The translations under genes were made by a program, and so were the position numbers. The notes below the pieces were generated by a model. It was not told the DNA's origin and did no database searches. It was given only the letters and a program-made list of their open reading frames with translations. Below are positions 51,990-62,096 of a stretch of DNA of 64,000 nucleotides, one piece after another (within the stretch, counting starts at the first letter, position 1; each line of letters opens with the position of its first letter). The DNA is taken from the NCBI GenBank assembly GCA_000002445.1, contig CH464491.1, positions 2,656,001 to 2,720,000 on the forward strand. Reading direction: 5' to 3'. Source of the stretch: Trypanosoma brucei (Eukaryota).

Positions 51990-52456
51990 CCATGAGTCGG
52001 CCCAGTCGCACGAATGTGGTAGCCTATCTCTGTTGATGCAAATTCCAAATATATATATATATATTTATATATGCTCCTTTACATGTAGCCTTTTGCTATG
52101 AGGGATTTTGGATTGCATCCACGCTCAGGTACGCACTTAAGAATGTATGTAGAGGGAATGGTGTGAAGGGAAGCAATGGCAGGGAAACACGGTTGGACAC
52201 AGTCCGCTTCTTTATATCACTGTCCTCATGTTTATGCAGTATTCCCCCTGACGTAGCAGTCCACAATGTGCAAAGGTGTTGCGTGTGTGTTTTGTCGTAT
52301 GGGGCCCTCGTTGGTTCCACCACTCGTGTAGGATCATTTCCCTTCGTTGCACCCTCCCTTTCATGATTGTTTTTGTTCATAGTCTGTTCAGTTGGTTCCC
52401 TAGCAGAAGAATACTTTCTTTACTGTAGTTCCGTGTGGCTGTCTTCCTTTTGAATC

Positions 52457-53842
52457 ATGGCCACGACTGGGTATACTCTTACGGAGCGGGTTGAGGGGAT
52501 CGCTTTTGGAAAGTCAGCGCTCCCCGCGCCACCGCCACCGGAGAAGTTTTTGGATATTTTCTCAACCTTGGAGGATCAATTCAGGGACACGTGTAAGGGT
52601 GTTGGTTTTCTTTTCGGCGCTGACTCGGTCACTTCCAATAGCAATAGTGTTCTTGTCTCAAACGGGTGGCCACCCTACGCCCGCATCGCAAGTAGCTTCG
52701 CTGCGGCTGCGGCACATTCAGAACTCGGTAAAGTGTTGCGCTGGTTCGCCAAAGCTGTTGTGGGTCTATTTGTCAACGGTGTGAAGAGTGGTGTGGGATT
52801 CCCACAGCAGTGGGACGAGTACGTACGGCAACAAGCCGACTTAATGGAGTATAGGTTCGAACTCCAGGGCTTTGGGGTACTCTTCACGTATATACTTTGC
52901 CAGTTAGCCGCCGTTGAGAGTGCAGTGAGCGAAGGCGGCGTGAGTGGAGAGTATAGTCCCTCCGAAGGCGCAATCGTTGCCGACGTCCATTTACCTGATT
53001 TGGGTGCAGCGGCGTGCTATCCAGAGACAAAACAGTCGGGGAAGTTACGGCCGGCGGACGGCTGCAAAGAGGCGGCCTGTGCTTCAAGAGTAAATCAACT
53101 TGTACCTAGGAAGAGAGACAAGCTGACTACGGCGGTAGGAAATGCCAGTGGCCCTCTGAGCCCGCTACAACCGCCAGCCCGCCACTCTTCTGCTACGGTG
53201 AGCAGGACGTTGGAACGAAAAACAGCTATGCCTCCGGCTGTCGTTTCCCTAGGGGATGGTAATGTTAACGGTTCGTTGATTCTGGGCCCAAGTAAGTCTT
53301 TGTTGAGCCCCGCACGTGGGCATATGGGTATAGATCCGCTTTACCCCCAGCAGTTACGGCAGCGGTCGCGCCCCCGTAGCGACACCCCCCCAGGATGTGT
53401 GCCGCAACCCAAGCAAGGTGGCCCCACACCTGTTAGTAGGAGTGTCCCTCGTTTGTCTTACAGTGCCCTGCAGGTTCGTTCCTGCAGCCCCAGGGATGAT
53501 GTGGGCGACAGCGGCTTGTACGTGGGCGCTCCCCCACCCACGAGCAACGATGTTTCGGGCTTGGATGATCCCTCCAGTCATGTCTTCAGGCGGCGAAGGG
53601 AAGCGAATAAGCTGTTAGGAGACGGCGACTGTGGTGAACAGAATGGCATTAGGTTCAGCATCGGGAAGGCGAGCCGTGTTCCACCCACCACGTCGCTTTC
53701 TCCGATAGAAGTTCAGGAAAGAATGAGGGCAAGTGATCTAGCGAAACAGTATGGCGTGAAGAGCATCACTAACTATGCGGAAAGGGATGTCGAAAACTTC
53801 AAGGAACAAATGAAAGCGTTGAGAAAGCTGTGGGAGGAATGA
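52457..53842 (+). CDS. Hypothetical protein (461 aa), Pro/Ser-rich C-terminal half
   Basis: Same-strand ORF in the PTU. No recognisable domain. Confidence 0.45.
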   Translation: MATTGYTLTERVEGIAFGKSALPAPPPPEKFLDIFSTLEDQFRDTCKGVGFLFGADSVTSNSNSVLVSNGWPPYARIASSFAAAAAHSELGKVLRWFAKAVVGLFVNGVKSGVGFPQQWDEYVRQQADLMEYRFELQGFGVLFTYILCQLAAVESAVSEGGVSGEYSPSEGAIVADVHLPDLGAAACYPETKQSGKLRPADGCKEAACASRVNQLVPRKRDKLTTAVGNASGPLSPLQPPARHSSATVSRTLERKTAMPPAVVSLGDGNVNGSLILGPSKSLLSPARGHMGIDPLYPQQLRQRSRPRSDTPPGCVPQPKQGGPTPVSRSVPRLSYSALQVRSCSPRDDVGDSGLYVGAPPPTSNDVSGLDDPSSHVFRRRREANKLLGDGDCGEQNGIRFSIGKASRVPPTTSLSPIEVQERMRASDLAKQYGVKSITNYAERDVENFKEQMKALRKLWEE

Positions 53843-54936
53843 GAACCACGCCTTTCAAGAGGCGGGAAATGTACTTTAAAAATTGCGTCGAGGGTGCATT
53901 TATTGGTTTACGGGCGCGCATAAGCGTGCTGCCGTCATTTGCACTAGAGGCGTTTCGTGGGTATGTACGTATGCAGTGTATGTCGAATACTTCCTTTTGC
54001 CACCTTATCTTCAGTGATGGCAATTTTCTACTTCGATACTATCTATTTGTTTATTTGTTTATCTGTTTTTTTTTTTTGAACTTACCTTTCCTTACTACAT
54101 GTGTCTTAAAACTCCACTTTCTTGTTTTGTGGTGTGTATGCGTGAGGGAAGAGGAGGAGGAAACTGAGAAGGAGGGATGGTGGGGGTACCTCTTTGGGCA
54201 GGCTTCTCAGCTCCCTGCTGGTGCCGGATGCAATTATTAAGTCAGAGGGTTCAGCTCTGCCTGGTTATGTGTTTGTGGGTGGATGTTGTGTCTAAAAGTA
54301 CTCATATACTCAGATGTGCACACAAATGAGGACGCTCACAATGACAAAACCGTTTAAGCGGGTTTGTTTTTATATACGAACGGGGAAAGGATATTTCCCG
54401 ATAGGTTAGATATTGTTTCCAAGAATAGCTGACTAAAGGACTAAAGTTTTCGTTGGAAAAAAAAAAAGACGTACCTGTGGTGCCTAGACAAAAGGCGAAC
54501 CATCTCTGCAGTTTCTACTTTCTTCTTCTTCCCACGAACAGCTTGCCTTCATGCCTTGCAGGCGATCACCTGTGTATCCCTTTTATGAATGCACGTGGAT
54601 GTGTATATGTGTGCAAAATCACCGTGGACAATCGGACTGTTGCCTGATTACAGTGGGTTACTGTGCTTCTCCTTAATTATTGTTCGTGCTACTTCCTCGC
54701 GCCTTCTTCACACCTAACCCGTGTGCGCGCCTTCTTTTTTTTTTTTTAGCATGACAAGGTGTCAAATTCAGGGGAGTATTTTGTAAATTTCCTTTTGAAG
54801 AGGAAAAAGTGAGGGGTAAACAACTTCTAAATTCGTAGAAGGCAAACATAGAAGTAACACAAAAGAGTGAAGGGTCGAAATATAGTAAGTGGAGCTTAAC
54901 TAATTAGAAACACCACAGTTAGGATCAGGGACAGGG

Positions 54937-57900
54937 ATGCCCGCATACACTGGCCTCAACGGCCGTCCGATACCTCCGGGAGCGAAGAGGAGGCGGCACA
55001 TCACATCTGCCTTGTTCAAAACACCACTCTTGTTGGTACCAGCAATATTTATGATGATCCTCTTGTATTATTCCATGCGGTCCGGGCGTGGACATCGCAG
55101 AGGTCTACCCGTCCCTTTTTATGATTCTCAAGAGACTACCACTTCGCTAGATGATTGGAAAAAGGACCGTTCCTCTTCAGGTATTCCTGGACTGCCACCA
55201 ATGTCAGATGAGGGAAGGTCCGTTATCATTGTCCCCTGTACCGCGTCTGGATCTATAAATAGTAAACTCGACGGTCAACAGCAAGTGACCACTGAAGTTC
55301 AGTTCTACCGCACGCGGTGCCAACCGGTCGTAGTTGGGAAAAATGATGAACGCACGGTGAAGGAAAAAGGTGGATGTAGCGATGATGTGCGCCCCATTGT
55401 GAGCATAATTCCACAGGGTTCAGAAAAGTTGTATTTCCCCAAGGAGGTTCTTCTCGAGGAGATGGAGGAGGAAGAGCAGGGACCTCAAGACACCGTTGGG
55501 AGGTTCCCACAACGTATGGAGAAGGTGTTGTCGGAAGACGGGACGAATGGTTTCTGGTTGAGTACCTCTTCCTCAGGGCCACCGATTATGCGCTGTGCCT
55601 CTCGTGCTCTTGTTGAGCCATTTTTTAGCGCTCCACTAAATCCTCAGCCAAACTGGATATGGGGCTCAAGTGGTTTTGTTGTTAGTGTCCTTCTGTATAC
55701 CATTGCCCGCGACGTAGGCAAGGGCGTGGTAGAGGGCTCGTTCACATTTCGTTCGCGAGAGAAAATTCATTTCTACGGTTTACCCCTTCGAAAGAAGCCG
55801 AGCGCAGGTTGGATCGAGGCAGACGACGACGAACTAGACGACGAAGCGGTTACAGGAGGAACTCTTCCCAGTGGAACTGTGCCACTAGTCTACGCTTTTG
55901 GGGAGCGAAGTGTCGTCGGTATTCTGTGGCTGAATGGCTCCCCTTCGCATGCTTACACTACCGACACCGCAGATAGTAAGTCTAGTGGGATGCGAGAGCA
56001 AACCGTCCACTTCGCCAGTGCCACAGGTGCCACCCGTGTCTTCCTCCTCCCCGGGCCCACGCTGGAGGATGTGCTTCTGCAGTACTATACGCTAACTGGT
56101 TTCCCCGTATTTCCACCTCTATTCGCTCTGGGTTACCACCATCATTCTGTGAGATACAGACATGCGGATGATATATTACATGTGAATCATATGAGTCTGA
56201 GCTTACGTTTACCTATCGACACAGTGGGAATGAATTTGGGTGCTGTTGCCGCTGACGATATCTTTGCGTGGCCGCGAAGGCGTATTGCAGACTCGTTGGA
56301 GGTTCAGACGCGGTTGTGGCGGGACGGTGGGCACATTATTGTGCTGGCGGTAACACCAACTGTAGTACCCAGCTCTGGTTCAGCGGCATACATAGAGGGA
56401 AAAGAAAAGGGGTACTTTATTTTCTCGCCGCTAAAGGAGGGTGCCGCATTTGTTCACCTAGTTTCGGGTATAGCGAAGGTGTGGATCGACTTCTTGAACC
56501 CTCGCGCAAGGCAATGGTACTCTGAGATGATGGAATTTACACGTTTTGTTGGCTCCACAAATCTCACCCACTTCTCTCTAGTGGATAATGAGCCGATGCT
56601 ACCCAGAGTTCTTGGTGGAACCGATGGCGTAACTCTACCGTCATCAGCGCTACATTACCGGGGTGTGCGTCACAGGCAAGTCCGAAACGTCTACGGTATG
56701 TTACACTCTATGGCCGCATACGATGGGCAACTAAGTCGTACAAATAATGAATATCGGCCCTTCGTTGTCACGCAGTCGTACTTCGCGGGTTCGCAACGCT
56801 ACGCTGCGGTGCGGTTGCGTTACCGTCACAGGAGGGATAATGATCTCACCCTTTCATGGGCGCGGCTAAGGGAAACGGTGGAATTGTGCATCTTACATAG
56901 CATCTCAGGCCTTCCTTTTGTTGGGCCTGATATTAATGTCCCCGTGCCCAACTCCTTCTGGGGAAAGAAAAATTTTGACGAACTACAGGTGCGGTGGTAT
57001 CAGCTTAGTGCGTTCCTTCCATTGTTCAGGAGCGACATGGATGTGCGGCCGCGGCACGCTACGATACTTGAGTTCCCTAAACGTACCATCTTTCGTATTC
57101 GCGAGGCTGTTCTATTCCGGTACACTCTTTTGCCCTACTACTATACGCTGTTCTGGAGGTCACATCTATACGGGGAACCCATCCTTCGCCCAGTATTTCT
57201 TCCGTATGAGAAACGGGGCCCACCCCCGGAGAAAGGAGTGGCAATGTCGAAGGAATCTTTCTTTGTGGGCCCAGACCTTTTTGTGGCTCCGGTGCTGTCC
57301 GCTGTGGGGGAGGAAACCGCGTGGCGGAAGGAACCGCACCATAGGATACGTCTTCCACCCAATGACCTCTACTACGACTACTGGACTGGTGCTCTTCAGT
57401 ACCAAGGAGGATTGGTGAAGGAACCCGCATGCATACGCTTCGATAAAAACCCACCATTTGCCGAAGCGAAGCATGTGGCACCGTTGTTTCTGCGAGTAGG
57501 TTCAATTCTCCCAACCTTCACTCAGACACGAACAATGCGTAGTTCCCATGATCCGGCAAACTACACGCTTACTATTGCACTCCCGCAGCTGACGTCGGAA
57601 CTGTTATGGGCAAGTGAGCCCGTGAACTCCAGCGACGGTAGGTTGCTTGCTGAAGGCGAGTTGTTCGTGGATGGTGGCGACAACTACGTAGACTACAACA
57701 ATCATTCCACAATACGCAGTGACTTCTGTGCCCTTCGGTTGGAGTGCCGGTTATTTCCTCACTCGTACCGTATGGAAGTGCGATTGAAAGCGACGGTTAA
57801 CTCGTCGTGCGGTAAAGCTGTAGAGGCGCTGAAGGCTAATTTGGTGGAGCTGGATGACCCTAATGTATATGTTATTGATCGGCTGCGGTTATTGTTTGCG

Positions 57901-58104
57901 TCACCAAGCGAGAGTAGGTTTTTGGTGAGGGGTTTGCCCGCGGCCAGCGAAAACGGTCGACAGGAGCAGATGCAATGGAAGGTGTCCTACGGGGAGATTG
58001 ATGATAACGTGGTGGAAGTGCATAATTTCTTTGTGCAGCTGTCGGATTCTCTTTCTAACGAGAGTACAACTCATGTGATCGCTGCATTCGATTTGAGGTT
58101 ATGA
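54937..58104 (+). CDS. Glycoside hydrolase family 31 (alpha-glucosidase / glucosidase-II-alpha-like) with N-terminal signal-anchor
   Basis: N-terminal basic stretch then TM (LLLVPAIFMMILLYY). GH31 blocks: KVWIDFLNP (cf. nucleophile motif G.W.DMNE), RPFVVTQSYFAGSQRYAAV (cf. RPFvLsRStFAGsQRYgA.W), HSISGLPFVGPDINVP (cf. acid/base region ..G.pF.GADIcGF). Confidence 0.7.
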   Translation: MPAYTGLNGRPIPPGAKRRRHITSALFKTPLLLVPAIFMMILLYYSMRSGRGHRRGLPVPFYDSQETTTSLDDWKKDRSSSGIPGLPPMSDEGRSVIIVPCTASGSINSKLDGQQQVTTEVQFYRTRCQPVVVGKNDERTVKEKGGCSDDVRPIVSIIPQGSEKLYFPKEVLLEEMEEEEQGPQDTVGRFPQRMEKVLSEDGTNGFWLSTSSSGPPIMRCASRALVEPFFSAPLNPQPNWIWGSSGFVVSVLLYTIARDVGKGVVEGSFTFRSREKIHFYGLPLRKKPSAGWIEADDDELDDEAVTGGTLPSGTVPLVYAFGERSVVGILWLNGSPSHAYTTDTADSKSSGMREQTVHFASATGATRVFLLPGPTLEDVLLQYYTLTGFPVFPPLFALGYHHHSVRYRHADDILHVNHMSLSLRLPIDTVGMNLGAVAADDIFAWPRRRIADSLEVQTRLWRDGGHIIVLAVTPTVVPSSGSAAYIEGKEKGYFIFSPLKEGAAFVHLVSGIAKVWIDFLNPRARQWYSEMMEFTRFVGSTNLTHFSLVDNEPMLPRVLGGTDGVTLPSSALHYRGVRHRQVRNVYGMLHSMAAYDGQLSRTNNEYRPFVVTQSYFAGSQRYAAVRLRYRHRRDNDLTLSWARLRETVELCILHSISGLPFVGPDINVPVPNSFWGKKNFDELQVRWYQLSAFLPLFRSDMDVRPRHATILEFPKRTIFRIREAVLFRYTLLPYYYTLFWRSHLYGEPILRPVFLPYEKRGPPPEKGVAMSKESFFVGPDLFVAPVLSAVGEETAWRKEPHHRIRLPPNDLYYDYWTGALQYQGGLVKEPACIRFDKNPPFAEAKHVAPLFLRVGSILPTFTQTRTMRSSHDPANYTLTIALPQLTSELLWASEPVNSSDGRLLAEGELFVDGGDNYVDYNNHSTIRSDFCALRLECRLFPHSYRMEVRLKATVNSSCGKAVEALKANLVELDDPNVYVIDRLRLLFASPSESRFLVRGLPAASENGRQEQMQWKVSYGEIDDNVVEVHNFFVQLSDSLSNESTTHVIAAFDLRL

Positions 58105-60036
58105 GCGATTGTGCCAAGCAAATAGGAATGGGCAAGTTTTCCTTAAAATCAAATGCCGCCAACAACTAGGAACTGAAATGAGTAAAGCCATCAGTGCCTA
58201 AACGCACATTTGTCTGATTTTCACGGTAGAACAGGGAATGCAACAAATAACGAAAAGGGAAGAAGATGAAGGAAGATCATTTGAGTGTATCTTTTTTTTT
58301 TATTTGTTGCATTTTCCACCCCATCATAAAAGTCAGACAAATGCAGTTGTGCGTGTTTGGGATAAATGTATGCTAAAGGGGGGACGTGGAAGTGGCGGCA
58401 GATGGATGCACACACAGCGCTATAAAGAGGCTCGATTTGGTTTGTTCTTTTGGCCTTTACCCCTAAAGGGAACGTTTTTACTTTTAGCTTCTAGTTACTT
58501 TTTCTTTTTTTAGTTTGTTTTCGTTTCGTTACTGGACGTTTTCTTCCACGACCAAATAAAATGAAAGGAAGAAAGTCGGCATCGTGGAGTGCGCGGGGAT
58601 GTTGTTACGAAGCGGGTGAAGTTGAGTTACTCGGCGAGAGTTTGTGGAGTTACAAATTTAGGTGAGAAATAAATGGAAAGGGATGGATATGTTTGATGTG
58701 GTTCCAATTTGTTAAAATCGCGTCCAGGCCCATTGCTTTCAATGCGGTACACGTATTTAAAAAATGGGTGTGGGTGGGTGATGCTGTTACTTTCCGTTGT
58801 TGTTTTCGCTATTCTTTTTGCAGATGACACTATATTTCCCCTCTTGTCTCGCCTCGCCACATGCTGAACTTGGACCTTACCAACCTGACTATTTGTGCCT
58901 TCTTAGTATGTGTGTATGTGTGTGTTTGTCTTTTCGGTTCGTCACCCTTCGCATTTCTGTATTGTAAACACGCACGTACGCATATTTGTGTGATATGACT
59001 GTGAAGTATGTAAGCGGACGTTTTGTTTGGGTTGTTTGTATTTTTCTGCGCACGACGTTGAACTTTTAAAAAATTGGGGTGCTTATTCATCCGCCCTATC
59101 TGTTCCACGCTTTTTAGTTTTTGTTGTTGTTGTTGTTTTGTGTGGCTCCTTCTATAGGAGCGGCAAGATAAAGGAGGGAAGGGTGAGGTAGAGGCGAAGG
59201 ATCGATCAGATTTGCCGATGGAAACATATTCCTTGTTGTTGTTTTCTATTGAGGGAGAAAGAGAGGAGGCGGACGAACAATAAGAGATTAAGCGAATAAT
59301 TTTTTTTTTAAAAAAGAGTCCGTATTCTGTTGGCGGTGGAGGAACGGGGAAGAGCTCTAGTCATCCCAGAAACCGGTATGCTTGTCATCAGCACGGTTAT
59401 TTTTCCTTCCGTCTTGTCCGAGCCGTATTTTTCCCATTTCTTTTCTTTTATGCGTTTTGGTTCGGTTATTATTATTGTTGTTGTTGTTTTGTATGTGAAA
59501 TAACTGACGAGGTCGACGCTAATTGTTCAACTTCTTGACTTCACCCGCCTGGCGTTTCCTTCGCCAACGGAGGAGGAGGAAAAGGGAAACACGTACTTAC
59601 GTAATCAAATTAACACCATTCATACAAAAACAAACAAATAGTCGTATTGTTGCACTGACATCTTTTCACTGTGATAAGGGTGTTGGTATTATGAAACCGC
59701 CACCTTCACAGCCAAAGCCGCTCCCCCGTCCCGAAACTTTACACAAACGTGTGACTACTAACCATTATTTTTCATTTATCCTATTTTTCCGGCGTTTCTC
59801 TCTTCCATTTATTTACTTTTACTTTTGCTATTGTGTACTTAGCTTGTACTCGGCAGTGAGGAACTGAAACCTCGTGCTGCACGCTTCGTAAGAGGCTGTA
59901 AGCAGAAAAGAGGAAGTGTGGTAAAGAGAGAACTACGGTTACAATAAAGACTCACCCATATTTCCCCCCTCGTATATACGTATTTATAAACACTTAACGG
60001 AATACGCGAAAAGGAATAATAATCAAATACTTTTGA

Positions 60037-61191
60037 ATGACTGAGCTATTAAGTGCAGGGGAAGTGCAACATCCATGTGGCTGGGCGTTTGCATTTCCCT
60101 TCGTGAAGCGGGTGCCCCCTGCAAAACTGGTTCGTTTGCTCGGAACAGCGACACTGTTGGATCGCATTCGTGAAAACGACCCAACGCTTCGGTCCGTTCG
60201 ATTAGACTATGAACTGCTACCACGAGAGGAAATAATGCAGGCATTGCTGGGAAACAACACAATCTCCAGCGTTGTAATTGCGCGTGTCATACCCAGGAAT
60301 TCGACAGGAACTGATTTTGCTCGCTTTCTTGAGAGTTTGTATCACCTCCCGCTGCGCAGCGTGCAAGTACAAGATGGAGAGAAGCTCCCGAGTTCATATT
60401 TGAATCACTTGCTTTACCTCGTGGAATACTGTTCTGGTGTGGGAAAGGCCTGCAAATGGACTGACGGTAAATGTTATGCTGGAGCCGACTTAAACACTGG
60501 GAATACGACCACTGAGATAAATGATGCCGAAGAGTTCAATGGGAATAACAGCCGAGAAGATGTTGACTCGGAAGTACTGGATTACAAGAGGGGCGCCGTG
60601 CTGGAATTCGTCGACTTCTCGGGGTGTCGGCTAACGGTGCGGCAGGCGCAGTGGCTTGGGGATATTTTGTTTCATCGTCGCTGCACGCTGAGGCATGTGA
60701 ATGCGTGCGAGTGTCGCCTGGGAAATGGGGGCGTGCGGGCGCTCCTTCGACGCGTAAACACGAGCCCACGATTGAAAGCCGCGAGCATTGCGGAGGGGTC
60801 AGTAGTGCCACTAGACATGATAGAGTTGCGTTGGAATGGCGTTACAGAGGATGAAAGCATACGAAATTTCGTCGATGTGGTGGAGAGGAGTCCTGACTGC
60901 TGGACTTGCATGACAGTTTATGGGAATTACATTTCTCCCCACATGTACACAAGGTGCGAGGCTCAGGTGGTCAAGGCCAAACGTCTCATGGAAGAGGAGC
61001 GCTTAAAAAGAAGGGAAATTCCCACAAATGTGGAGGTGGCCCAGCCGGACGGTCGGTTGTCTTCAGAAAAGGGAACATCCTGTTCTCCTCGACGGTATTT
61101 TGTAGATCTTCTCACATCAGTGGCGGGCGAAGTGGACTTCGTTTGCCCATCCCTACGTGCTGTTTCTTCGCTTTTGCACGAAGAACCCTGA
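60037..61191 (+). CDS. Hypothetical protein (384 aa) with Cys-containing leucine-rich (RNI-like) repeats
   Basis: ..LEFVDFSGCRLTVRQAQWLGDILFHRRCTLRHVNACECRLGNGGVRALLRRV.. has LRR/ribonuclease-inhibitor-like periodicity. Same-strand ORF. Confidence 0.4.
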   Translation: MTELLSAGEVQHPCGWAFAFPFVKRVPPAKLVRLLGTATLLDRIRENDPTLRSVRLDYELLPREEIMQALLGNNTISSVVIARVIPRNSTGTDFARFLESLYHLPLRSVQVQDGEKLPSSYLNHLLYLVEYCSGVGKACKWTDGKCYAGADLNTGNTTTEINDAEEFNGNNSREDVDSEVLDYKRGAVLEFVDFSGCRLTVRQAQWLGDILFHRRCTLRHVNACECRLGNGGVRALLRRVNTSPRLKAASIAEGSVVPLDMIELRWNGVTEDESIRNFVDVVERSPDCWTCMTVYGNYISPHMYTRCEAQVVKAKRLMEEERLKRREIPTNVEVAQPDGRLSSEKGTSCSPRRYFVDLLTSVAGEVDFVCPSLRAVSSLLHEEP

Positions 61192-62096
61192 GTTTGCGTG
61201 GTTGTGTGTGCTTTTTTTCGGACACGTGTGCCGTTTTACGGGGGCTTCCCCTTTCGTTTGTTTTCATGATGTGGACGTTTCCTTCTCCCATTAATGACTT
61301 CCTTTTTCTTCCTTTTTACCCTTAACACCACGAAAACATTATTACAAGTGTTGTTGTTCACACGATTTCACGCTCACATCATGTGGAGGATTTGATTAAA
61401 TTGTGCAGGTTTTTCGGACAAGTCAGTGAAACAAGTAATTTAGCTCCCTTCTCGCTCTCTCTTTCCCTCTTCTTCATTACATGTGGATGGTGAAACGGTG
61501 AAAGAAGAGGAAGAACAAAGGCATGGAGGTAAGGGGGAAAAGAATTAGGAAAGAAGAGGCGGAAGCATAAGTGAAAGGAGGAAGGAAATGAGGGATGTTG
61601 AGACATTAGCACAATGCACGGGGAAGTTCATGTGTGCGAAGGTTGGACTCCTTTTCTTTTTTTTTCCTTCAGAGGAGGGAATATCTTGCTTCACATAACC
61701 ATCGAAGCATCCTCTCTCTTCCCCTCTACTGTGCCTTTTGTGGTTTCTTGGTGTTGGTGTGTTGCTTTGTTTTTTTTTTTTGCCTTTCCTTTACGCGGCG
61801 CTGTATAGCTGGTAATTACATGTGTAGTAGACTACCGGGTGATGAGAAGGGAATGCGTGTACTGTACAACTTTAATTACGTATTTGTGTATGTTTACACG
61901 TGCACGCGGATACATTTTTATTTTATGCTTTTTTTTTCCTTCCCTTTTCATCCCTTCTCATCTGTGCGTCCCATGACGCGTACCAAAACTACATATGTGG
62001 TACATATGATGGACGGATTGGGAGAAGAAAATTCGGTGTGTTTTGTTACGGTGTTTTTCCCCCTTTTTTTATTTTTATTTTTTCATGGAAGGGAGT

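Noticed and set aside
59523-59867. 114-aa + strand ORF in the 1.9-kb gap between the GH31 gene and the LRR-like gene
   Set aside because: The translation is low-complexity (Arg-run then Phe/Leu/Tyr-rich) and derived from a pyrimidine-rich region. No motif. It could still be tested by ribosome profiling, but I do not call it.
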